A DNA stretch of 63,967 nt, counting the filler, from Octopus bimaculoides (lineage: Eukaryota): the NCBI RefSeq assembly GCF_001194135.2. It is 9 parts of 8 records of this genome, joined end to end, with 100 filler letters (N's around TTAATTAATTAA, not from the genome) between each part and the next. Parts side by side here need not be neighbours in the genome. Positions count along the whole stretch, not along the records: positions 50,285 to 54,097 come from NC_068988.1; positions 54,198 to 56,852 come from NW_026382777.1; positions 56,953 to 62,839 come from NC_068996.1; positions 62,940 to 63,967 come from NC_068988.1; 5 more parts are not named here. One strand, 5' to 3'. The notes under the pieces were generated by a model. That model was not told where the DNA came from and made no database searches. It saw only the letters and a program-made list of their open reading frames with translations. This document shows, one piece after another, positions 53,699-63,967 of the stretch. Position 1 is the first letter of the stretch; every line of letters begins with the position of its first letter. Position numbers and translations under genes: made by a program.

Positions 53699-53990
53699 GC
53701 TGCTGGTGCTACTACTGCTGGTGCTGCTGCTGGTGCTGCTGGTGCTGGTGCTGCTGCTGTTGCTGCTGCTGCTGCTACTGATACTACTACTACTACTACT
53801 ACATTCTACTAAAGGCACAAGGCCTGAAATTTTGGGAGATAAGACAAGTCGATTACATCGAGCCCAGTGTTACTTAATTTATCGACCCAGAAAGGATGAA
53901 AAGCAAAGTTGACCACGGTAGGATTTGAGCTCAGAACTTGCCGCTAAGCATTTCGTCCGGCGTGCTAACGATTCTTCCAGCTCAACGCCT
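53460..53990 (-). mobile_element. Two SINE family C copies separated by a (TAC)/(TGC) microsatellite
   Basis: Family C core at 53470-53600 and 53810-53990. Confidence 0.7.
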
Positions 53991-53991
53991 T

Positions 53992-54029
<38 letters not shown>

Positions 54030-54031
54030 TA

Positions 54032-54097
<66 letters not shown>

Positions 54098-56304
54098 NNN
54101 NNNNNNNNNNNNNNNNNNNNNNNNNNNNNNNNNNNNNNNNNTTAATTAATTAANNNNNNNNNNNNNNNNNNNNNNNNNNNNNNNNNNNNNNNNNNNNTAT
54201 ACTTACATACATAGGTATAATTCGCCACTGCTGTTTAGGTGTTAAGTATTTCGAGAGCTGTTTCATTAAATTTCATAAGGAAAAAATAAAAATAGAAGTA
54301 CAATAAACAAAAAACAAACAAACAAGCAAACAAAACAAAAAAGACACAAAACAAAAGTACCCCCCCCGCTCCAAAAAAGCAACTCATACAAAATAAAAAT
54401 CACTGTTGAATGTATTTAGAAGCCTTTCACATCATTATTTATATTTTGTTGATAAAATTTGTTGATAAAAGTAGTTTGAAAAACGTATTAATGTTTCTGA
54501 CATGATTACGTATTTCGTCTTGTTAATGTGAAATCTAAGATAAAACGCGCTACAACACATATGGATACGTATATATTCGTGTGTGTGTGTAAAAATCTTT
54601 CTCCTCTCCGTACCATATTAATTTTCATTTTAATGGAATCTAACAGTATATGTTAATGTCCGCTAGCAGAAGGGATGAGCTGTTCGAGATGAGATGTGAT
54701 TGAAAAATACTCATTTAATAAGTTTTTATTATTATTATTATTGTTTTTGTTAGTTGTGATGCTTTTAGATTTTGTACACGACTTTGCACAGTAAAGCAAA
54801 ATGGAGAATAAAAGATACAAACAAATATAATGACAGCGTCAGCAGAAAGAGAGCATTAACATATATCTGTCTGTCAGTGTGTCTGTGTGTNNNNNNNNNN
54901 NNNNNNNNNNNNNNNNNNNNNNNNNNNNNNNNNNNNNNNNNNNNNNNNNNNNNNNNNNNNNNNNNNNNNNNNNNNNNNNNNNNNNNNNNNNNNNNNNNNN
55001 NNNNNNNNNNNNNNNNNNNNNNNNNNNNNNNNNNNNNNNNNNNNNNNNNNNNNNNNNNNNNNNNNNNNNNNNNNNNNNNNNNNNNNNNNNNNNNNNNNNN
55101 NNNNNNNNNNNNNNNNNNNNNNNNNNNNNNNNNNNNNNNNNNNNNNNNNNNNNNNNNNNNNNNNNNNNNNNNNNNNNNNNNNNNNNNNNNNNNNNNNNNN
55201 NNNNNNNNNNNNNNNNNNNNNNNNNNNNNNNNNNNNNNNNNNNNNNNNNNNNNNNNNNNNNNNNNNNNNNNNNNNNNNNNNNNNNNNNNNNNNNNNNNNN
55301 NNNNNNNNNNNNNNNNNNNNNNNNNNNNNNNNNNNNNNNNNNNNNNNNNNNNNNNNNNNNNNNNNNNNNNNNNNNNNNNNNNNNNNNNNNNNNNNNNNNN
55401 NNNNNNNNNNNNNNNNNNNNNNNNNNNNNNNNNNNNNNNNNNNNNNNNNNNNNNNNNNNNNNNNNNNNNNNNNNNNNNNNNNNNNNNNNNNNNNNNNNNN
55501 NNNNNNNNNNNNNNNNNNNNNNNNNNNNNNNNNNNNNNNNNNNNNNNNNNNNNNNNNNNNNNNNNNNNNNNNNNNNNNNNNNNNNNNNNNNNNNNNNNNN
55601 NNNNNNNNNNNNNNNNNNNNNNNNNNNNNNNNNNNNNNNNNNNNNNNNNNNNNNNNNNNNNNNNNNNNNNNNNNNNNNNNNNNNNNNNNNNNNNNNNNNN
55701 NNNNNNNNNNNNNNNNNNNNNNNNNNNNNNNNNNNNNNNNNNNNNNNNNNNNNNNNNNNNNNNNNNNNNNNNNNNNNNNNNNNNNNNNNNNNNNNNNNNN
55801 NNNNNNNNNNNNNNNNNNNNNNNNNNNNNNNNNNNNNNNNNNNNNNNNNNACGTTTCGAGCTACGCTTCATATATATATATGCACGTTTGTATATGTGTG
55901 TATATATATCTATAGCTTTGTATGCATATATATATATATATCCTGAAATCCGGATACGTTCGTGCTGCAGATCGAGGTGAGAGGGATAACTTCCCTTGGC
56001 AAACAGGACACAGTCGTGTGTCGATAAGCCAGCTGGAGGAGATGTCCTCCTGGGGCTAAAAGCAACAGTAACATCCACCCCTAGGGGTCAGCCACACTTA
56101 TAATAATAATAACAACAGACGAGGACAGGTGGTGTAAATAACAAAAGTATATATTAGTATGACGCTCGGGAATACGGAAAGTCTTTGACGTTTCGAGCTA
56201 CGCTTCATATATATATATGCACGTTTGTATATGTGTGTATATATATCTATAGCTTTGTATGCATATATATATATATGTATATATATATATACACACACCT
56301 ACTG

Positions 56305-56480
56305 ATTAGCATTCCGTCGTTACAACGACAATGGTTCCAATTGATCCGATCAACGGAACGGCTTGCTTGTGAAATTAACATGCAAGTGGCTGAGCACTCC
56401 ACAGACACGCGTCCCCTTAACATAGTTCTCAGGGAGATTCAGCGTGACACAGAATGCGACAAGGCTGGCTCTTTTGAAAT
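56305..56480 (-). mobile_element. SINE family A 3' fragment (diverged)
   Basis: Reverse complement of the family A 3' end. Confidence 0.7.
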
Positions 56481-56967
56481 ACAGGTACAACTAATTTTTG
56501 CCAGTTGTGTGAAGTAGAGCAACGAGAAATAAAGTGTCTTGATGAAGGAGACAACGCGCTGCCACGAATCGAAATCACGACTTTACGATCGCGAGCCAAT
56601 ATCTTAACTACTATACATACTCACGCGCTTTTCTCCAGGCTATCCGTTTCTTCCCCTTTTCCCTCTTTTCTGAACTTTACTACCCGACGAAGAGCCATAC
56701 TCGAAACGTTATGCTTTTACTTTTAATTTTTCATCTGAATTTTCACCAAGTGTCAAACTAATATAATTATGGCGTACGTACATTTGACTTTTGCTGTTTT
56801 GATTTTTACTTTTGCTCTCGAAGTCACCGTTCGTTACCGATTTGTCCATATANNNNNNNNNNNNNNNNNNNNNNNNNNNNNNNNNNNNNNNNNNNNTTAA
56901 TTAATTAANNNNNNNNNNNNNNNNNNNNNNNNNNNNNNNNNNNNNNNNNNNNGACCACCTCCTGCAC

Positions 56968-57200
56968 CTACACCTTAGCTCTTTCATGGCGTCTGATGTG
57001 GCTTTTTAAACCAGACAGTGTTTTGAAAAAACACCCACACAGATTGCACCTCTGATTTGCACTACCAATACCTGCAAGTAAGTTCTGCTCATTGTGGATC
57101 CTAACATGTCTTTTAAGACCCCCATTGGATTTGCAAACCCTCTGGCACACACCACATTCAAACGTGTGCACAGACATATAATCAGAATAGCTGGATGATT
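56968..57200 (-). mobile_element. Two C2H2 zinc fingers ending an ORF; probably the 3' end of a 5'-truncated LINE (RTE/CR1-like) rather than a host ZNF gene
   Basis: FECGVCQRVCKSNGGLKRHVRIH and RCNLCGCFFKTLSGLKSHIRRH, then stop. No TGEKP linker. The frame runs directly into a TA microsatellite upstream, with no clear splice acceptor. Confidence 0.55.
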
Positions 57201-58419
57201 ATATGTATAGCTGGATGATTATATATATATATATGTATATATACATATATTTATATATATATAGTGTGTGTGTGCGTATATATATATGTATATATATATA
57301 TATATGTGTGTATGTATACATACATATATATATATAAATATATATATATATACACCCACATACACCCACACACACACACACACACAAACACATATATATA
57401 ATGCATGTGTGAGTGGGGTGTGTCTGTATGTATACATATATTTATGTAAGTATCGTGGAAGCTGATATTCCATTTATGGATACTTTGAGTTTCTCATATC
57501 CGAATTCGGTGGAATGTCAAACACAAAATATTTAGAATTATATGTGATACATAAATCTACATTTGTGTATGAGTGTGAGCATATGCATGCGTATGTGTAT
57601 CTGTGTGCGTGTACATATGTAGAGAATCAAGGTCTTTGCTCAAACAAAACTGAGTATTCATTATAAAAAAGCGGAATAGAATTTCTCGTCTGATGATGCC
57701 TTGATAATTAAAACAAGCCTGGAGCATTAGGTTACGATGTATTGTCTTTAACAGGCTATATCGGTTTATAAGTCTGTTTATGTATTTATGTATTACGAAT
57801 GTGTGTGGGTATATATATATATTATATATATATATATATATACTTTATTTAAAAGCAGCAGAAATATAANNNNNNNNNNNNNNNNNNNNNNNNNNNNNNN
57901 NNNNNNNNNNNNNNNNNNNNNNNNNNNNNNNNNNNNNNNNNNNNNNNNNNNNNNNNNNNNNNNNNNNNNNNNNNNNNNNNNNNNNNNNNNNNNNNNNNNN
58001 NNNNNNNNNNNNNNNNNNNNNNNNNNNNNNNNNNNNNNNNNNNNNNNNNNNNNNNNNNNNNNNNNNNNNNNNNNNNNNNNNNNNNNNNNNNNNNNNNNNN
58101 NNNNNNNNNNNNNNNNNNNNNNNNNNNNNNNNNNNNNNNNNNNNNNNNNNNNNNNNNNNNNNNNNNNNNNNNNNNNNNNNNNNNNNNNNNNNNNNNNNNN
58201 NNNGTATTTATATATATATATAAACACATACACACAGAGGCAAATATACACACACATACACCTAAGGAAATATGTTTTAATTGTGTTGCTCGAAGTAAAT
58301 AAAACTGCAATATGTAGAATACTGCGTTAAAAGAAACTCTTGGATGGAAAATAGTTGAAGACTGCCCGCGGGATTCCAGTCCACTTCTGTCATGTCCACA
58401 GAAGATGTGGGTTTGAGTC

Positions 58420-58760
58420 CCAGAGGCCAATAATTAAAACATACGGATGTCCAAATTGTGGAACATGCTCCAACCTAATGGAAAGTTCAGAATTCCATTT
58501 CAAACAAGGACAGAGATTTAAGATTAAGATTAATTTCATTCAAGCATCCAAAAATTTAATTTATGTGATAACTGGGGTTATATAGGCCAAACAAGATGTC
58601 ACTTAGACAGAGAACTACACTGCATAAGAAACCGATAGTTCCCAAGGTATAGACAGATATCACTGAGTGAACACATAGAGAGATGTGCAGGGAATCTCCA
58701 ACCAAACTTCACGGTTTCTTGCATTTATCAGTGTAAAGAAATAATTTCTACACAAGAACG
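58420..58760 (+). mobile_element. Decayed Penelope-like GIY-YIG endonuclease fragment
   Basis: GCPNCGTCSNLMESSEFHFKQGQRFKIKINFIQASKNLIYVIT, then after a frameshift YIGQTRCHLDRELH. This is the Penelope Cys linker followed by NLIY...YIGQT. Confidence 0.75.
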
Positions 58761-60123
58761 ATTAAATAAAAAAAATTATTTATTGAAAAATACAAACCGC
58801 GCCTGAATATGGACGCATGACCAATTTTTGTTTTTATGAATATTTTAATTCATGAACGCATAACCAACACTGTACATATTTTATCTCACTATTTTAACTC
58901 ATGAGTTAATATAAATTTACTCTCCCAAAAAGTGTACTCACCCTACAAAAATGTGCAATTACCTCCCTTCTCTTGTATAATAACAATCACCAATTACTTC
59001 CCCTGAGGTTTTTGTAACATACTGATTCATTTGCAAATAAACTCTCATATAAGCATCATGGACTAAAAACTTCTTAAGAAAATACGAAATTGCAATATTT
59101 TCACCAATTTTAATGTCATGCTTAGCGAAACGCGAAACCAGTCGACTATCATAATATTCTATCCTTTAAATATATATTAAAAATAAATAAATTTTGTGCA
59201 TTTTCCTTCTTTTATTATATATATATATATNNNNNNNNNNNNNNNNNNNNNNNNNNNNNNNNNNNNNNNNNNNNNNNNNNNNNNNNNNNNNNNNNNNNNN
59301 NNNNNNNNNNNNNNNNNNNNNNNNNNNNNNNNNNNNNNNNNNNNNNNNNNNNNNNNNNNNNNNNNNNNNNNNNNNNNNNNNNNNNNNNNNNNNNNNNNNN
59401 NNNNNNNNNNNNNNNNNNNNNNNNNNNNNNNNNNNNNNNNNNNNNNNNNNNNNNNNNNNNNNNNNNNNNNNNNNNNNNNNNNNNNNNNNNNNNNNNNNNN
59501 NNNNNNNNNNNNNNNNNNNNNNNNNNNNNNNNNNNNNNNNNNNNNNNNNNNNNNNNNNNNNNNNNNNNNNNNNNNNNNNNNNNNNNNNNNNNNNNNNNNN
59601 NNNNNNNNNNNNNNNNNNNNNNNNNNNNNNNNNNNNNNNNNNNNNNNNNNNNNNNNNNNNNNNNNNNNNNNNNNNNNNNNNNNNNNNNNNNNNNNNNNNN
59701 NNNNNNNNNNNNNNNNNNNNNNNNNNNNNNNNNNNNNNNNNNNNNNNNNNNNNNNNNNNNNNNNNNNNNNNNNNNNNNNNNNNNNNNNNNNNNNNNNNNN
59801 NNNNNNNNNNNNNNNNNNNNNNNNNNNNNNNNNNNNNNNNNNNNNNNNNNNNNNNNNNNNNNNNNNNNNNNNNNNNNNNNNNNNNNNNNNNNNNNNNNNN
59901 NNNNNNNNNNNNNNNNNNNNNNNNNNNNNNNNNNNNNNNNNNNNNNNNNNNNNNNNNNNNNNNNNNNNNNNNNNNNNNNNNNNNNNNNNNNNNNNNNNNN
60001 NNNNNNNNNNNNNNNNNNNNNNNNNNNNNNNNNNNNNNNNNNNNNNNNNNNNNNNNNNNNNNNNNNNNNNNNNNNNNNNNNNNNNNNNNNNNNNNNNNNN
60101 NNNNNNNNNNNNNNNNNNNNNNN

Positions 60124-60160
<37 letters not shown>

Positions 60161-60321
60161 TTCCCTTTCTCTACTTTCTTGGACTGGAAGTTCCTTTTCA
60201 ATGCTTACCATTAAAGAATAACTGAGTATTCTTTGATTCATATTCAATCGGTCTGCTGTGTCTCCAGATTCAGGTTATTTTTCTCTTTAGATACGCGCGC
60301 GCGCACGCTCACACATACACA

Positions 60322-60360
<39 letters not shown>

Positions 60361-61160
60361 ACACATGGATGTACGTACATAAATGGAAGGAGTGGTCGCA
60401 GAAACACTAACCAATGAATATATTACATTTATGTCTAAGTGGCTGGGTATTCCGCAAACACCTATTCTTCGAGCAGAACCAACGCAACTCAGAGGGACAT
60501 GAGATCATATCTGTGGAATTATACAGAATTGTCTTTTTGCAATCAAAAATCTTGATATGATATTTTAGAAATTTTGCCTCAGCTCAAAATACTTTTAATC
60601 GAAACTAGTTCTTTCTTCATTATTTTCGTTCCCTTACTACTGCTCTCTAGGAACCACCCAGTGGTATTCTAAACAAAAATGGTATCCTGAAGTCTGTCAG
60701 GCTTGTCTTTGTACAGCTCATCGAATGTGAAAAATACACTTGAATGTCATCTTCTGTGTATACGCTTTTCCTTTTCCAATTCAGAGAGATTCTGAAACTG
60801 GAAGAACTCACAACAGCTTGCTATGTTAAATAACGTTAACTTGGACAGAAACGCGGTGAGATTGATTTTACCTTGCAGCCGAAAATTAATCACCTTGAGC
60901 TTTGTGAATCCTGCTTGATGTTTCTTAGTTCAGCACAAAGAAGAGAGTTATAGTATTTCCCTTTGTTTAACGGTCATTCTCATAGCATTTTTTTCGATGG
61001 CCAGGTAACTGAAGAGATGGCGGCGAGGGTTTCCGCCCCGACATCCGAAACTCGGAGTTTTATCATGGCTACCGAATAATTGTCACATATTATTTACAGA
61101 TAAATTCCTCTATTTACATAATATCGAGGTCTCTTTCTTTTGTTGTCTTACCTTTTCTAT

Positions 61161-61277
61161 CAATGAGAAAATGGAGGAGAATATGCGGTATCCATTGACT
61201 TGCAGACAATGTATTCCGTTGATTAATCTGTTTATTTTATAACTAAATTGCGCATATTCTCCTCCATTTTCTTATTG
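61161..61277. repeat. 27-bp inverted repeat with 63-nt spacer (MITE-like or hairpin)
   Basis: CAATGAGAAAATGGAGGAGAATATGCG / CGCATATTCTCCTCCATTTTCTTATTG, 26/27 complementary. Confidence 0.8.
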
Positions 61278-62063
61278 CTATATAAATTTAGGGTAAAATA
61301 ACCCTCTTTTACCCGCACCCACTTATTGCACTTGGTATAACACTAGTGTAACAATAATTGGGTACCCTCCCAGCAGTATATTGGATAAATACTATCCCTT
61401 AGTGGGTTGAATCCTCAACCCCTAACTCTCTNNNNNNNNNNNNNNNNNNNNNNNNNNNNNNNNNNNNNNNNNNNNNNNNNNNNNNNNNNNNNNNNNNNNN
61501 NNNNNNNNNNNNNNNNNNNNNNNNNNNNNNNNNNNNNNNNNNNNNNNNNNNNNNNNNNNNNNNNNNNNNNNNNNNNNNNNNNNNNNAAATATAGATTTTT
61601 ATTTCTGAAATTATAGAACTGTGCATTGAAACAGCTGTAGGTAGGAATTTCTATGTATGAATTTGATTGTATTTAAATAAAAACATCTGTTCGTAAATTT
61701 TCATCCATTTTCTTCATTTTCTTATTTAAATAGGTTTATTTAAACACCTATACGTTTCGGTGATAAACTAATATAATTTCTTTCCTCTGAACGCTGGTAT
61801 AAACTGGTGAACTAGGATGCTCGCATCCTTTAAGGAACTAATTAAATGAAATTAGAGATATTCGCCATGATAGATCGCTGACCACTACATTTATATATTT
61901 TTTCTCCTTGTTTCTTTCTGTATTCCTTTCTGTTGAAGAGCGTAGGCTTGAAGCGTTAAAGACTTTCTCTATTCCCGAACGTTAAACTAATACATCCACT
62001 TGTTGTTTACACCACCTGTCTTCGTCTGTTGTTGTTTTTTTCGTAAATTCTCCCATATATATA

Positions 62064-62096
<33 letters not shown>

Positions 62097-62097
62097 A

Positions 62098-62264
62098 TAT
62101 GAGTGGTACCCAAAAGAAACCGGAATTTTACAATATTATTTCATTTACATTTATCGCTTTCTAAGTATTCTTCATTTGAAGCAATGCTTCGGTCCAGATG
62201 CGTTTCCCACTGTTCAAAGTAGTCCTGGAACTCTTGCGAAGTGATGCCTTTTAACGCCTCTGTC
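62098..62264 (-). mobile_element. Mariner transposase 3' end fragment
   Basis: Minus strand [38 protein letters not shown] resembles the mariner ...F..W..R..CI...GEYFEGD terminus. Confidence 0.65.
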
Positions 62265-62404
62265 TGTTTTTCTTTTTTTTTTTCTTCATCTCTATATCTA
62301 TATATCTATCTATCTATCTATCTAACAGTCTGTCTGTCTGTCTATCCATTTATCTATCTCTCTATTTTTCTGTCTATCTGTCTATTTGTTTGTCTGGTTG
62401 CCTG

Positions 62405-62474
<70 letters not shown>

Positions 62475-63967
62475 CATTTATCTATCTCTCTTTTTATCTG
62501 CCTAGCTGTGTGTCTGTTTGTCTATCTATCTATCTATCTCTGATCGGGACGGATGCTAGTCGCATCGGCTCGCAAGTAAGTTGGCCTTTTATATGTCAAA
62601 AATTTTGCAGTTTTAAAATATTTTTTGTGGAAGAGGTGTATAAGTCTATACACTTCGACCCTATTGGGTTTTTGTAATAGGAAGTGGCTCCTTCTGGAGT
62701 TTATTTCCAAAAGTTTTTGATTTTTCTCCGGCTTATTTGCCATATTTCGTAAAAGAAATATGGCTAGGCCTTCACACGTGGTCGATTTGCCTCTAATAGC
62801 AGGCAAGGAGACTGACCAACAAGTCGTTCCGCATGAACGNNNNNNNNNNNNNNNNNNNNNNNNNNNNNNNNNNNNNNNNNNNNTTAATTAATTAANNNNN
62901 NNNNNNNNNNNNNNNNNNNNNNNNNNNNNNNNNNNNNNNATTTTCCCACGACAAAGAGTTTGTTTCAACGCACGAAATCACACCAAGAATCTTGCAGCCC
63001 AGATACATAAATGAAGTATGAATGAATAAACAGTAGATTAATATTTAACGTGTTGAAACGCTCATTGTTATATTAAATGCCCAACCCATGTTACATTATA
63101 GTATAATGGAGTTATTAGAACCTGTAAGGAAAGTGATGCATATAGAATTTATGTACCCATGTGTGAAACATGGAATCGCGTAATAGTGTACGTAAACATG
63201 TAAGCATACATTGTATTTTCACATACTTTTATAAATTTGGGCGCATATTGTTACTTGCATTTTACACCTGCAATATATCCGTCTTTTACATCTTCACATG
63301 TTTGGAATAGAGTATGCAGTATATTTTGATGTATAGGTGATGCATACATAAAACGTTGGCTGGAGATATAAATGCCCTGGGATCACGGCCATATACATTC
63401 ATTCCTCATTGTTAATATGACAGTAAGGTTACGCATTTTATATGACAAACGCGTGTATCTACTTTTATTGATAATATATTCAATAAAACGGTACGTTATT
63501 TTGTTTGTTGGAAAGCAGAAAGGCTATGGGAAGTCATATCGGAGCTGCAGGCGTAAGTTTGGGAGTGATACTCTGCATGTGCAGTAACGTCATTCTGCAG
63601 ATCATACTCCGATTCAATAACTGCAAGGAAATTCACAAGAAAATTATACTATCGAACTACTGATTTCTATTAAATGCCTGCGTTTGTGCGAGTGTGTGTG
63701 TGTGCGCGTGTGTGCGTGCGGATTTGCGTGCGGGTGTGCGTGCGTGTGTGCGTGCGTGCGCACATCGTGTGTATGAACGTGCATATGTTATACAAGACAT
63801 ATTTCCCTGCCAGAGTCTTTCTTATGACATTCGAAAATAAAGATTTTCAGTTTGACAAACATGACAATCAATGATTGGAGATTTTACGTGATGTGGTGAA
63901 TCTTATGAAGTAATGATGAGCTCTGTGTGAGAAAGTCTGAGGATAAATATATATATATATATATATA

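Noticed and set aside
50830-58760. Penelope RT and GIY-YIG pieces on the same strand as one element
   Set aside because: Separated by about 7 kb and two artificial spacers; cannot be linked from this sequence.
60600-60800. Possible pogo/Tigger transposase remnant (FDELYKDKPDRLQDTIFV*NTTGW)
   Set aside because: Similarity to the N.DETG motif is too weak to support.
19165-62939. Eight isolated TTAATTAATTAA 12-mers, which look like regularly recurring conserved sites or CRISPR-like repeats
   Set aside because: Each is centred in exactly 44+44 N. This is an artificial six-frame-stop spacer added during assembly.
132-63874. Most ORF-track entries (poly-YI, CV, LS, HT, X-rich ORFs up to 437 aa)
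   Set aside because: Translations of dinucleotide or tetranucleotide microsatellites, or read-through of N gaps; no coding evidence.
1-63967. CRISPR arrays, rRNA, prokaryotic operons or defence systems
   Set aside because: None seen. There are no repeat-unique-spacer arrays, and the sequence is eukaryotic intron/intergenic DNA.

Overview
AT-rich, microsatellite-dense metazoan genomic DNA from a gapped draft assembly. The SINE families and simple-repeat load suggest a coleoid cephalopod (octopus-like); this is inference, not a database result. Nearly all ORFs in the supplied track are microsatellite or N-gap artefacts. Supported content: (1) three spliced minus-strand exons (20408-20302, 19771-19628, 19447-19343) encoding consecutive VWC domains of a BMPER/crossveinless-2-like BMP modulator; (2) an intact initiator tRNA-Met gene (23732-23803, +); (3) the probable last two coding exons of an unidentified plus-strand gene (28992-29080, 30038-30043) inside an 8.4 kb CpG-depleted contig; (4) decayed mobile elements: Gypsy gag, R4/Dong-type endonuclease, Penelope RT and GIY-YIG pieces, Tc1/mariner ends, a probable LINE 3' end with two C2H2 fingers, and several tRNA-derived SINE families; (5) minimal hammerhead-ribozyme-like motifs of the Penelope-associated type, one with full architecture (24258-24294, -); (6) several fold-back inverted repeats. 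Eight identical 100-bp spacers (44 N + TTAATTAATTAA + 44 N) are artificial joins, so linkage across them is uncertain. I found no compelling new multi-gene system. The best leads are the A6U hammerhead family, the sharply bounded CpG-decay domain, and the hairpins as possible ADAR substrates.
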